From assembly GCA_020048595.1 (NCBI GenBank), contig JAIFMH010000086.1, forward strand, positions 17,277 to 81,276: 64,000 nt of DNA, read 5' to 3'. Origin of the DNA: Bacteroidota bacterium (GTDB taxonomy: Bacteria; Bacteroidota; Bacteroidia; Bacteroidales; UBA4417). The position numbers and the translations under genes were made by a program. The number at the start of each line of letters is the position of its first letter. The first letter of the stretch is position 1. Positions 38,740-48,780 of the stretch are shown here, in pieces. A model generated the notes under the pieces. The model saw nothing but the letters and a program-made list of their open reading frames with translations. It did no database searches and was not told where the DNA came from.

Positions 38740-40878
38740 TTATTTTATAGCCTGTTCCTTTAAAACTGAGATTTTATGTATCAGGGAATCCAGCTGAAAT
38801 GTTCTGGTTAAAGGCTCTGCATTGGAGTACCATGTTGAAAAAATGCCGTGTTGTCCTTCGTACAAATATTTTTTTGCCTGGACTGCCTCATTATGAGCCA
38901 TCTCAAGATTTTTAATCAGAATATCCTTTTTTGCCTGATTTTTATATGCAAAAACAAAGTGGTACAGTGTTTTACTTAAATGGGACATATAGTAGCTGTA
39001 TATCCGAAGGTTGTCGTTAAAAAACGTTTGTTTATCCTTATCCAATTCAGACATCATTGCAGTACAACGTGCAGCTACAGATTCAAATTTGGGTAAAGTT
39101 TCTTCCATCCCATACAATAGGGCATCTACCTGGTTCTGACTTTTATTAAATTCATTATCAATGCGAAATGTGCGGCCTTGAACACTCTCATAACCAATCT
39201 TGTGCAACGGATTCTTATTTAACTCCTCTTTTGAAGAATAAAACACTTCATAGATATGATCGAATGCCCTCGCATACCTTAAATCCTGAAACAAGAACTG
39301 GCGTTCCATTCCCTCAAATTCGGATGCCTTGGGTTGCCAATATGAGTTGTAATAATCTTTGTATAGTTGTGCCACTTGCTTTGCATGTTTTGCACCAAAA
39401 TACTGAGTACAATAATCCAGTATAAATTCGTCGGTGCTATAGCTATTATAATCCCATAGCATTTTTGCATTGGCCGATAATTCCATCACAAATTCTCTGA
39501 CATTACCAGCATTAACTACGGAGAAATAGAGCGGTGATTTATTGTTGATGTACCGGTAATTGAACTCCATTTTCCAGGGACCTTCGGCCGGAGCAACATG
39601 AGCTCCGGTTGAGGCAAATCCAAAATTCATATAATAACCCAGCTTAACAGGTTTTTCCGAATTAAAACTGACCAGATCGTCAAACGGATAGGGATCACGA
39701 CGGGCGGCAACATAAGTCCAGATCATGTTTTCACTCTCTGGCGGCTTTAAATAACCAGCAGCCATTAATGAAGCAATTTCATCGTAAAAGGTAATACGTG
39801 TGTATGGATTAGGATTTCCCGTAACTTCTTTAATAATATCAAGTTGTGTCTGAAGCATTTTGTTTATTACCGCTGCCCTGTCTTTATCACTTTCAGGAGC
39901 ATCTTCAAAAACACTCCAGAAAGGCTGATCTACTTTTCCCCTGAACGCGATGGTCCAGAGGTTTTCAATCCCACTCTTTTTGACAGTTTCTGCATTGTAC
40001 CTGAAGAAATCTTTAATAGCAGACTCATTCGCAAGTAATAACTTTGGAGCTTCCATATTTCTGACATTTCCCCAATAGTCGTCCCAAGTTCCAAAGGAAG
40101 TATTAAGTCCTGATGTATGATGGGAAGTAATCACTAATCCATATTTGTCGATTAAATTGGCATAATTACTTACTTTATAACCCGGTTCAATGGTAGAATA
40201 AGTTTCAACAGTATTCAATTTAAGCCGTAGTGTTGTTTCAAGCCAAACATTCTCATTTTCCTTTGAAAGCTTTTTCCATGGATTGAAAAAATCCTGGTCG
40301 CCCGGTAAAATGCTCCGGTACCTCACCTGTGGCGATTTGAAGAAAATATCGAAATCATCGGCAATTAATATCTCATCTTTTTTAACAGGAATCCACGAAC
40401 TCCAATGGTGCAGGGGAGGTACATCAAGAATTTTTTCGGAGAAAGTGTAGATGGCATAAATTGTACCCCGGAGGTCATTTCCTTCAAGATAAATCCTATT
40501 ATTCTCCGAATCAGCATATATCCGGTGAGATTCAAAACCATCGAGCTTCCTGACTTTATCAAACGGTATGGCAAGATGCCCTGATGATCGGTTTACAATT
40601 ACAATTTCCGGCTTTGAAATGTCAGCATCCATCTTATTTACAACGGATGGCTTTGTTCCCATAACACTCACAAAGTCTTTCAGAAAGGCATTAAGCGCGA
40701 TCTTGAGAGGGCCATCTTCCTTATCAGAAAATACAATTGTCAGGTCATTTTTACTTAATTTTATAACTTTTCCCTTCATCGGATTCGCATTCAGTGAAAA
40801 AGCAATAAGCTGAATTAAAATTACCAGCAAGAGTGATTTAATTCCCGAAAAATTGTTAGAGTTCATCCTATTTTTCAT
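38740..40878 (-). CDS. GH115-like glycoside hydrolase candidate (alpha-glucuronidase family)
   Basis: 712 aa with a signal peptide. The block ..NRIYLEGNDLRGTIYAIYTFSEKILDVPPLHHWSSWIPVKKDEI.. resembles the conserved GH115 N-terminal signature (GxDxRGTxYGxYxLSExxGVSPWxWW) as I recall it. It is shorter and more divergent than characterised GH115 enzymes. Confidence 0.5.
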   Translation of the reverse strand: MKNRMNSNNFSGIKSLLLVILIQLIAFSLNANPMKGKVIKLSKNDLTIVFSDKEDGPLKIALNAFLKDFVSVMGTKPSVVNKMDADISKPEIVIVNRSSGHLAIPFDKVRKLDGFESHRIYADSENNRIYLEGNDLRGTIYAIYTFSEKILDVPPLHHWSSWIPVKKDEILIADDFDIFFKSPQVRYRSILPGDQDFFNPWKKLSKENENVWLETTLRLKLNTVETYSTIEPGYKVSNYANLIDKYGLVITSHHTSGLNTSFGTWDDYWGNVRNMEAPKLLLANESAIKDFFRYNAETVKKSGIENLWTIAFRGKVDQPFWSVFEDAPESDKDRAAVINKMLQTQLDIIKEVTGNPNPYTRITFYDEIASLMAAGYLKPPESENMIWTYVAARRDPYPFDDLVSFNSEKPVKLGYYMNFGFASTGAHVAPAEGPWKMEFNYRYINNKSPLYFSVVNAGNVREFVMELSANAKMLWDYNSYSTDEFILDYCTQYFGAKHAKQVAQLYKDYYNSYWQPKASEFEGMERQFLFQDLRYARAFDHIYEVFYSSKEELNKNPLHKIGYESVQGRTFRIDNEFNKSQNQVDALLYGMEETLPKFESVAARCTAMMSELDKDKQTFFNDNLRIYSYYMSHLSKTLYHFVFAYKNQAKKDILIKNLEMAHNEAVQAKKYLYEGQHGIFSTWYSNAEPLTRTFQLDSLIHKISVLKEQAIK

Positions 40879-40901
40879 ATTTGGTTTAGTAACCGGAATT
40901 T

Positions 40902-43900
40902 TTACATTTTTTCAAATCTTTTTGTAAAGTCTTCATCACGGTGTAAGTCTTCTAATGGTGATTGAAGCGGTATTGCATTACCTTCATCGCCAACACTCAA
41001 AGCAACAATGCGAACGAAACGTGAATTTGGCAGGGTGATGTTTGTGGCGCCTTCAGGTATTTCAAGCCGGTATGAAAACAGGTAACTATATTCATAAAGC
41101 GCATCGCCGTCAGGCCTGTGATGGTGCGAAGCTGCCCATGCAATGCGTTGATCGCGGATAAATGCCGGATGAATTGTTTTCAGATTATTTCGCATTGAAT
41201 AGGATAATTCTGCAACATATCCTTCGAATTCACGGTTATCCCATAAGCCCATATAACCTGTCCAGCCACCTATGGTTAACGGGTATTCCTTTTCACCAAC
41301 CTTAAAGATTACATCGGAATCGACATCAGCAGCAGCTAAAATGTGCAATACTTTTGTGCCTTCAGGAAAAGCAATACTTTGCCCTTTACATGCCACTGCA
41401 TTAAAATCGCCCTCCTTACGTGAACCAATATCAAACAAAACGTTGCCCAGATGAACTGTATCACCAATCATTTCAGCCGGATAAGTTCCCCCCTTACCAT
41501 CGAGACTACCCCGATAACCTTCATTTCTTGGAGTTCGATCTACGTATCCATCTTCGCGGTTGCTGTTAAAGCTAAAAATATCAGTCTCGTATTTAAGTTT
41601 TAAGGGTTGAGTTACAGCAGGCATCTTTTCCTCTCCTGATATCTTTAACAGAACAGTTTTTAGTTCATAAGGTGTAAAGTCCAAACTAAGCACATTCTTT
41701 TTCGTGGCAAGTTTTACGTTCAACGGGCGTTCAGCTCCATCAAGTTCTTCTGCGGCAAGAATTGGCACTGAAGCAGAAAGCATAACATCTTTGCACTCTT
41801 TTCCTGATAATTCCTGTAAACGCACTACAACACCCGAACCATCTTCAGCCATTTTAACGGCTTGTATGTTTACCTGATCGCTATTGATATTTAGAAGAGA
41901 GAAAGAACTTGCCTTCCCTTTATGCTTTGGCACAGCAAAAGCTGCCGGACGCTGCTCAAAACGCATGGCTTCCCAGTGCGATTTACCTTCGCGCCAGTCG
42001 CCTTTATGGCCTGTAACAGAATAAGTAAACAGATGTCGTCCCCAATCCTGCCATCTCATTTCACTCATAGTACCATCGTCCAGCACTTCCTGTTCACTAT
42101 CCTTGGTATCCGGCCCATGAATTAAGGTAAGTCTTATGGTATGGTCGTCTACTTTGTCACTCCCGTATTTTGCACCCGTAAGCAGTGAAACTCCATACGA
42201 ACCTGATTTATCAGTTAAGTCTATCCAGGCATGATGAGGCACCTCATATTGCTTTTCGTTTCTATTACCGCGTTTGATAGTTCCCAAATCGAGGTTATAG
42301 GTTGCCTCAGGTGCTCCTGCCGTAAAGTGGAATGCAGCCTTCAACAGAGTCCCGCGACTTTTCCAATCTATAAGGTTTGCTGTTTCCACGCGGCTTCCAT
42401 CGGCTCCTGCCGAAAGTCTTATTCGTTGAGTGATTTTTGAACCTTCGTTCTCCCTGATTACTTCAACAGCAACCCTGACAGGACCTTCCTCAATAACTTT
42501 AACTGAGATAGAATTCGATGCTACGCTTCGTGCAGGTTGTTTTATATCTTTCCAGTAGATACGCCATGCCGGCTTGGTATCCGGAAAGTCTTCCCCAAAT
42601 TCAAGTTGTATAGGTTTTTCAAGTAATTCTTTATTAATTCTTTTATCGAATATACTTGCTACGTCGCCGTTGGCATCTATGGTTACTTTAAAATTACTGT
42701 TTTCCAAAAAGTCTTTATGAACAACTAATTCTGAATTTTTAATCTGTGTTTTTTCCTGGCGAATTGAATAAACAGCTGCTCCAACAGGAGGAAGATCAGC
42801 CAGAAATAAAATTCGTCTTTTCCCATCAAATCCTGCTGTAATCTGCGAAGGGACTTCTTTCCCTTTTGAATCAAATACTGCAAGAGATTCCGCATTTACC
42901 AGTTCTTCAGGAAGAAAGGCTTCGACATGATCTTTACGTGAAATGGAAAGCGGATTAAGCACAACTACTGGTACTCCCGGAACATCGGTATTGAGGGCCC
43001 TTGCCAAAGTGCCAACTGCATCCTGATATACTCCGGCAAATCGGTTCAGGGCAATAATTCCATCGTTCCAGCCTTGTTCGTAGGCTTTGGGGATGCTGGT
43101 TCCGGGCAGGTTATCATGAAACTGATTACGAAGCATTAATCCCCAGGCATCATTCAGCGTGACGTAAGGATATTCAGCCCCATTTAACAGGTGGGCGGCA
43201 ACGGCTGCACGCTCGCTGGCATCAGCCAACAGTTCAGCATCGCGGTTTAATTTCTTTGTATAGGCCTGTGATGAAAGTACTCCGGTTGAATGTTTTATAA
43301 GCAAAAGATCCTTATTCCAGGTTGGAAATTTTTCAGCCTGTTCATCTGTTATGGCCCTAAACATAAGGTCAGCCTGCCCGGCAACAACACTAACAGGACC
43401 TTTTGTTTCCTGAGCTTTTTTAAGTGTTTCGAGTGAAACTTTTTGAACTACGCCACCGCGGTCGGCATTGTTTTGATCACCTCCGCCAATGTAGAAATAG
43501 TCAATTGGAAGGCCGCTAACCGCTCTGTTCTTTTCCAAACGCGCCAGTGTCTCTTCGTGGGTGGAGTAAACTTGCTCATGTCCTTCAGCATAGTTGCCGG
43601 CATTTAGTGCAGCAATTACTGATTTTCCGTCGGGTCCAATCCACCGGCCTACATTGAACGGAATTCCGTTAGCTGATTCCCATGTTAACTTTTGGGTTGA
43701 GAATCCGCGAATTCCACAGTGATTTAAAACAGAGGGCAACGAATATGGAAATCCGAAACAGTCGGGAAGCATAAATTCGCGACTCTCTTTTCCGAATTCA
43801 TTTTTAAAATACTGATAGCCCATTAGAATTTGACGTACCATAGATTCCGTTGACGGAACATTAACATCATTTTCAACCCATGAGCTGCCGCTTGGGTACC

Positions 43901-44288
43901 ATCGACCCGCCGCAACCCATTCTTTAAGTTCTGCATATTTTTCAGGATAATACTCACGCATCATCTGATAACGACTTGCTCCTGACCAGTTAAATACATA
44001 ATTTGGGTATTCCTCAAAAGCCTTAAAGTTATCATCCAGGGTATTTTTCAAAAAATCACGGATTACTTGTGGGTAAGACCAGCGCCACATGTCGTCGAGA
44101 TGCGTATAGGGCACTGCAAACAAGGTTGGCCGGGTAATGTCAATTGACTTGGGATCAATCGGCTTTACAACAACTTTTATCGGGTTGTTATTTTGTGCAA
44201 AGGTGGCTATCGCCAGCAGACAATTAAAGACACAAGCTATAGGAATGGCCTTTGTTAGACTGTAATTAGTTAAGAATTTTATATTCAT
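40902..44288 (-). CDS. GH38 alpha-mannosidase with long C-terminal extension
   Basis: 1128 aa with a signal peptide. The N-terminal catalytic region matches the GH38 pattern: FAVPYTHLDDMWRW.., ..AAGRWYPSGSSWVENDVNVPSTESMVRQILMGYQYFKNEFG..FMLPDCFGFPYSLPSVL..GIRGFSTQKLTW... Confidence 0.85.
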   Translation of the reverse strand: MNIKFLTNYSLTKAIPIACVFNCLLAIATFAQNNNPIKVVVKPIDPKSIDITRPTLFAVPYTHLDDMWRWSYPQVIRDFLKNTLDDNFKAFEEYPNYVFNWSGASRYQMMREYYPEKYAELKEWVAAGRWYPSGSSWVENDVNVPSTESMVRQILMGYQYFKNEFGKESREFMLPDCFGFPYSLPSVLNHCGIRGFSTQKLTWESANGIPFNVGRWIGPDGKSVIAALNAGNYAEGHEQVYSTHEETLARLEKNRAVSGLPIDYFYIGGGDQNNADRGGVVQKVSLETLKKAQETKGPVSVVAGQADLMFRAITDEQAEKFPTWNKDLLLIKHSTGVLSSQAYTKKLNRDAELLADASERAAVAAHLLNGAEYPYVTLNDAWGLMLRNQFHDNLPGTSIPKAYEQGWNDGIIALNRFAGVYQDAVGTLARALNTDVPGVPVVVLNPLSISRKDHVEAFLPEELVNAESLAVFDSKGKEVPSQITAGFDGKRRILFLADLPPVGAAVYSIRQEKTQIKNSELVVHKDFLENSNFKVTIDANGDVASIFDKRINKELLEKPIQLEFGEDFPDTKPAWRIYWKDIKQPARSVASNSISVKVIEEGPVRVAVEVIRENEGSKITQRIRLSAGADGSRVETANLIDWKSRGTLLKAAFHFTAGAPEATYNLDLGTIKRGNRNEKQYEVPHHAWIDLTDKSGSYGVSLLTGAKYGSDKVDDHTIRLTLIHGPDTKDSEQEVLDDGTMSEMRWQDWGRHLFTYSVTGHKGDWREGKSHWEAMRFEQRPAAFAVPKHKGKASSFSLLNINSDQVNIQAVKMAEDGSGVVVRLQELSGKECKDVMLSASVPILAAEELDGAERPLNVKLATKKNVLSLDFTPYELKTVLLKISGEEKMPAVTQPLKLKYETDIFSFNSNREDGYVDRTPRNEGYRGSLDGKGGTYPAEMIGDTVHLGNVLFDIGSRKEGDFNAVACKGQSIAFPEGTKVLHILAAADVDSDVIFKVGEKEYPLTIGGWTGYMGLWDNREFEGYVAELSYSMRNNLKTIHPAFIRDQRIAWAASHHHRPDGDALYEYSYLFSYRLEIPEGATNITLPNSRFVRIVALSVGDEGNAIPLQSPLEDLHRDEDFTKRFEKM

Positions 44289-44335
44289 GTATTTTTTTTA
44301 ACCTCACAAAAACTTCGTTTGATTTAAGGGAAAAT

Positions 44336-45631
44336 TTATTTTCTTTCCGGCATCTTTTTCGAAAAAGGAATTTCGCCACGCAGCATTTTACCTGCCATGC
44401 CCGTTAACCACAAATAATGATCGGATGGAACCTCTTTTTCAATAGGAACAAAAACACTTTTTCCAACCGGAACGTTATGCGCACATTTCATGATGGCAGT
44501 ACCTTCATCAATTTCATCGAACATGGCAACATAGATCATTTCAGCTCCACTCTCAAGTGCGCCGGCAATTTGCTTCCAGTAAAATTCACCTTTGTTCCTT
44601 GGAATTTTGTCTGATTTGTCATCTTTCATGTTGTGCCAGGAGAAGCCGGGATAAACAGTTGGGGCATAGGATTTCCCATTTTCTTTGCACCATTTCACAT
44701 CATCAATAATATTCTCCTGACGGTAAGCTTCGTAATTTCCCTCGTTATAACGCCCGACCAACCAGGGATGAACAACGTCTGCCTGTTTGATGGCATCATG
44801 CAAACGTGGGTCGCCTTTTGTATCCGATCCAAGGGTTCTCCAGCGCGACGGGATTCCCAAATGAATGGAACAACCGCCATATATAGGATCGTTTTTGAAA
44901 AAATCCATGATATCAAATATTTCAGGGATGTGACCAGATTCCCTTGTTCCGGCGCTTATTCCCCAAAAAGCAACTAAAGGTTTATTATTATGAAAAAGGT
45001 AGGTTGTTTTCTTCCCCTGGTTTGTGAGTTTCAGGTCGTCAACCAGATGTTTCCAATCCGCTATCACCAGTTTGTATTTGCTGTCATCCATACTGCCAAT
45101 ATCGTACATCAAACAAATAGCAATTCCATATTTAGTAGCAGCTTTTATAGCCGAAGCCATGACTTTGTCGTTATGATTTAGTCTTTCCTTGCTTGTAAGA
45201 ACAGAGAAGAACCTTTGCATAAACACGCCATCAATCCCGTACTGTTTCATCCATTTAAAATGCAAATCAACGGTACTTTCATCGTAAGAGCTAAAAACAT
45301 AGGCAGGAGAACCATCCGCGAACTTAAACGGTGTTTTGTATTTCACCTTGTACTCATCCATTTCAGGCCAGTTATCGAATTTACAACTTCCGTCTTCGAA
45401 TTTGTTATTTAAAGCGTAGTGGGTCCAACCCCTTTGGGCGCCATCGCCCTCACAATTAAACCAGCCCTGATAACCAGCCATAACAAGCCCTTTATAACTC
45501 ATGTATTTACTTTTTGGAGCATGTTTAGTTTGGGCTGAAATATGAATACTGAATAAGAGCATAAATAGTCCTGTTAAAAACAGTTTGTCCTTCATGGTGT
45601 ATGTTTTGAGAATAAAAGTACCTGTGGGCAT
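44336..45631 (-). CDS. Exported TIM-barrel glycosidase candidate, GH99/GH71-clan-like (family uncertain)
   Basis: 431 aa; the likely true start is the ATG at 45595 (MKDKLFLTGLFMLLFS..). Motifs: VMAGYQGWF, HFKWMKQYGIDGVFMQRF, and the C-terminal VAMFDEIDEGTAI, reminiscent of the NEWHEGT block of GH99-type barrels. Confidence 0.4.
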   Translation of the reverse strand: MPTGTFILKTYTMKDKLFLTGLFMLLFSIHISAQTKHAPKSKYMSYKGLVMAGYQGWFNCEGDGAQRGWTHYALNNKFEDGSCKFDNWPEMDEYKVKYKTPFKFADGSPAYVFSSYDESTVDLHFKWMKQYGIDGVFMQRFFSVLTSKERLNHNDKVMASAIKAATKYGIAICLMYDIGSMDDSKYKLVIADWKHLVDDLKLTNQGKKTTYLFHNNKPLVAFWGISAGTRESGHIPEIFDIMDFFKNDPIYGGCSIHLGIPSRWRTLGSDTKGDPRLHDAIKQADVVHPWLVGRYNEGNYEAYRQENIIDDVKWCKENGKSYAPTVYPGFSWHNMKDDKSDKIPRNKGEFYWKQIAGALESGAEMIYVAMFDEIDEGTAIMKCAHNVPVGKSVFVPIEKEVPSDHYLWLTGMAGKMLRGEIPFSKKMPERK

Positions 45632-45680
45632 ATAATTTTTAATTAATAAATGATTAACCGGATTAACAGATTAAAAAAGA

Positions 45681-46787
45681 TTACGATTTTAAACCGGCAT
45701 TACAATTTATACGCAAATATTCAAAGCTTTTTAACAGCTCCGATTGCTGAAGTTCAATATCAAAATTTTTCTGGGTTATTCCTGCAGGAGGATTTTTGAT
45801 TTCCTGTGGCTTTCCATTTTTTGCAAGATTTAGAAAAACTATAATGCCAGCTGCAGAGAGATTTGGGAAACCTTTCCAGAATTCGGGCTTTAAAAAAGGA
45901 GTCGGTCGTGCCGAGTTTGAAATGGTCTCCACATGAAGTGGGACTCCCGGGCATAATTCAGCCATCGTTTTTGAATAAAGTGGGTAGTCCAATATTCCTT
46001 CGCCGATAGCCATTCCCTGAAATGTGGCACCTTCCTGGGTTTCCCAAATGGCAACATCGCGCACGCTGGTACAAACTATGGTTGACCCCAATATCTTTAA
46101 TGCCTCCATAGGATCTTCCATTGCCCAGAGTGCATTTGCCGGGTCGAATAGTGAACCGCAAATGTCAGTTCCGGTTTCATTAATAAGAGCCAACAATTCT
46201 TCTGAACGAAGGTCGCCGGCATGGTTTTCAAAAGCAAATTTAACCCCGGCATCTAAAGCTGCCTGGCGAAGCGACTTCATTACTTTTATCACAGCTTCCA
46301 TGTGTGCTTCAATTCCGCCATCCATATAGCGGTCATCAATACCACCGATACGTACACCAACTATTGGAGAACCAACAGCTGCTGCAACGCGAATCCCCTC
46401 ACTCAATAAAGTCCCGGCATTTCCATAATTTGAAGAGAAACTTTTAGATTTTTCGCTGATGCTTCCGGCTCCGATATAAATACTGATATCGTTATCTCTG
46501 GCCATTTTACTTAAAAGGGAAAGATATTCAGGCTCTAGACTATCAAGCGGTTGAAGGGTATTCAGTAAAACTGAATCGAGCTTTTGTTTTATGGCATATT
46601 CTGTGAGTTGTTGAGCATTAAAATTCATCCCCCGAAGAGAATGATTACACAATCCCAACGGAATTCTTGCGGATTCGGATGGCTTATTTTTCAAAAATTC
46701 AATTGAAGCAAAAGCGGGAAATGATTGCATTGCTAACGCACCCAATCCGGCTATTTTTGTAAAATCACGTCGTTTCATAGGGAACAT
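45681..46787 (-). CDS. Xylose-isomerase-like TIM-barrel protein (sugar phosphate isomerase/epimerase family) with Tat signal
   Basis: 368 aa. The N-terminus (MFP)MKRRDFTKIAGLGALAMQSFPAFA is Tat-like. The body has ..VKFAFENHAGD.. and barrel-type periodicity typical of AP_endonuc_2 / xylose isomerase-like proteins. Confidence 0.6.
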   Translation of the reverse strand: MFPMKRRDFTKIAGLGALAMQSFPAFASIEFLKNKPSESARIPLGLCNHSLRGMNFNAQQLTEYAIKQKLDSVLLNTLQPLDSLEPEYLSLLSKMARDNDISIYIGAGSISEKSKSFSSNYGNAGTLLSEGIRVAAAVGSPIVGVRIGGIDDRYMDGGIEAHMEAVIKVMKSLRQAALDAGVKFAFENHAGDLRSEELLALINETGTDICGSLFDPANALWAMEDPMEALKILGSTIVCTSVRDVAIWETQEGATFQGMAIGEGILDYPLYSKTMAELCPGVPLHVETISNSARPTPFLKPEFWKGFPNLSAAGIIVFLNLAKNGKPQEIKNPPAGITQKNFDIELQQSELLKSFEYLRINCNAGLKS

Positions 46788-46893
46788 ATTATAGTTGGTT
46801 ATAAAAAATAATGCTGCCAGAGTGTAATCCTGATGTTTCGGAACGAAACTTCATTTCGATACGCTTGAAGAAGGATATGGCATTTAAGTTAAA

Positions 46894-47772
46894 TTACTGA
46901 TCAAATGTCAGATCCCGTCCCCAAACTTCCACTTCAACCCACGAACACCATTTATTCTCATTCTCCATTAAATCAGTAAAATGCACCCAGGATGTCAAAT
47001 GTTTGCTTATTTTGATTTCCTGAGGCAAAGCTGTTTTTTCAATTTTTATTTTTTCGGACGTTCCATCAGAGAAATTAATAACAGCTTCATTCCAGTAGCT
47101 ATCGTGCATGTCATAGTATTGAGCCCGGTTTACAATGATAAGTTTGTCCACTTCAACAGCTTTTCCAAAATCAATTTTGAACCATAAATCATCGCGTATG
47201 TCAGGTCCCCAGGCTTGGTAAGGCCATTTACCATGTTTCGAATTGGATTTATAACCATCGATGGCGTTTCGGGCAGCATAAAAACTTTCGTTGCGACACT
47301 CGCTGTTTGAAGTAGCGTGCGGATAATAATCTGTTTCACCCCGAATGTCGAATGAATTCAGTGCCAGATTTCGATAGGCTGACCATTCCTTCTTTGAACA
47401 AATACGAACCTTTATTTGGTGTTTCGTCTCCGAAAAACTTTCCTCCGGATAATTCTTTCCATTTTCGTGAAAAGGTATTCGAAATGTAAAACGCCCATTT
47501 GGTGCATAAACATAACACCCTGGAATATTCTTGTCGAACTGAACCAATAAATTTTTGGCTCCTTCAACGACTATATAATCACCTTCCTGGAATTCTCTGT
47601 CTATAGTCAGATTAACTTCGCCTGTTAAATCCAATGAATTAGATTCTTGTTCTGCAATAAGGACCTGGCTGGCATCGAAAGCCCTAATACTTAAACTGGC
47701 AGCCTGACTGTTGAACCCATACAAAATCAGAATGACTGTGTAAATGAAATATGTTGCAGGTATGCTTTTCAT
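46894..47772 (-). CDS. Exported protein with C-terminal F5/8-type-C (discoidin/CBM32-like) domain
   Basis: 292 aa with a signal peptide. The C-terminal half, ..AARNAIDGYKSNSKHGKWPYQAWGP..LWFKIDFGKAVEVDKLIIVNR..FSDGT.., fits the discoidin-domain pattern. Its start codon overlaps the stop of the upstream gene (TAATG). Confidence 0.45.
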   Translation of the reverse strand: MKSIPATYFIYTVILILYGFNSQAASLSIRAFDASQVLIAEQESNSLDLTGEVNLTIDREFQEGDYIVVEGAKNLLVQFDKNIPGCYVYAPNGRFTFRIPFHENGKNYPEESFSETKHQIKVRICSKKEWSAYRNLALNSFDIRGETDYYPHATSNSECRNESFYAARNAIDGYKSNSKHGKWPYQAWGPDIRDDLWFKIDFGKAVEVDKLIIVNRAQYYDMHDSYWNEAVINFSDGTSEKIKIEKTALPQEIKISKHLTSWVHFTDLMENENKWCSWVEVEVWGRDLTFDQ

Positions 47773-48734
47773 TATTTGTTCAGTTTTCGAAATGCCCCTT
47801 CCATCATCAGAAAAAATGCTTCCCCTTCCGGGGATGTTCCGGGTGAATTAAAACGTGGAGCCGCGCTGGCTTGCTGAAGCAAACCGTATTCATCGACATT
47901 TGCATAAACTGCCCTTCGCATTTTATCAGCAGGAATCAAATACGAAGAATCCAGCCATCCTGATTTTACCGCTGTATAAATCGTGTAAGCCAGCATTGCC
48001 GGCAAGGTTGATTCCTCAAAATTTGGTTCTGTAATCTTGTCGTATAACAATCCGCCGGGTAATTGATTGGCGATACAACCATCCAATAAATCGGTGCAAT
48101 ATCCGATTAGTTTTTTCTTGTCATCATTTCTTTCGGCTGGTAAAAGATCGATTACCTGCATCATTGCAGCAGCACACCATCCATTGCCACCACCCCAAAA
48201 TGAACGATCTTTAAATTCACCTGTTTCCTGAATCCGAATATGATGGAATAGCTTTTTTTCACTATTCCAAAGTACATCCCGAATTCCTTCAATCTGATGA
48301 ATCGCCTCATCGTAATCGCCCATTTGAGCCAGAAACGGTGCCACCATAAACATATTATCGCTAAAAATTACTTTGGATTTATTGTTGTGATAAATTACCC
48401 CATTGGCATTTTTCGACTCCGGCTTTTTTAAATATTCGTACTGAGCCTGAGTGTTAAAATCAGAACCAACCATAGATAACCTTCCATCCGGATTATTCCG
48501 TTGAACCGATTCACGGGCCATTAGAATTAACCTCGTTGTATCTCCAATTTCCAACATGCCCTGCATGGCAGTTCCCTGCTCCCACGAATGTCGTTGCATA
48601 CAAAGCATGGCCGTTTTTACCTTTTCAACAACCTTATCATCGCATTGTGGAAGGATTGTATTTTGTCCTCTTAAACTGGCGGAAAACAAAATCAGGACTA
48701 ATACAAATGATAATTTTAGATCGGATTTCTTCAT
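47772..48734 (-). CDS. GH88/GH105-like unsaturated uronyl hydrolase
   Basis: The ORF track gives 47772..48914, but the ATG at 48734 (MKKSDLKLSFVLVLILFSASLRGQ) gives a signal peptide and removes the overlap with the upstream gene. Motifs: WEQGTAMQGMLEIGD, SDNMFMVAPFLAQMGDYDEA, LFHHI..FWGGGNGWCAAAM (Glyco_hydro_88-type). Confidence 0.65.
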   Translation of the reverse strand: MKKSDLKLSFVLVLILFSASLRGQNTILPQCDDKVVEKVKTAMLCMQRHSWEQGTAMQGMLEIGDTTRLILMARESVQRNNPDGRLSMVGSDFNTQAQYEYLKKPESKNANGVIYHNNKSKVIFSDNMFMVAPFLAQMGDYDEAIHQIEGIRDVLWNSEKKLFHHIRIQETGEFKDRSFWGGGNGWCAAAMMQVIDLLPAERNDDKKKLIGYCTDLLDGCIANQLPGGLLYDKITEPNFEESTLPAMLAYTIYTAVKSGWLDSSYLIPADKMRRAVYANVDEYGLLQQASAAPRFNSPGTSPEGEAFFLMMEGAFRKLNK

Positions 48735-48780
48735 TTTATTGGGTTTTGATTTATCGCAACAGTGATAATCATTTCGACTG

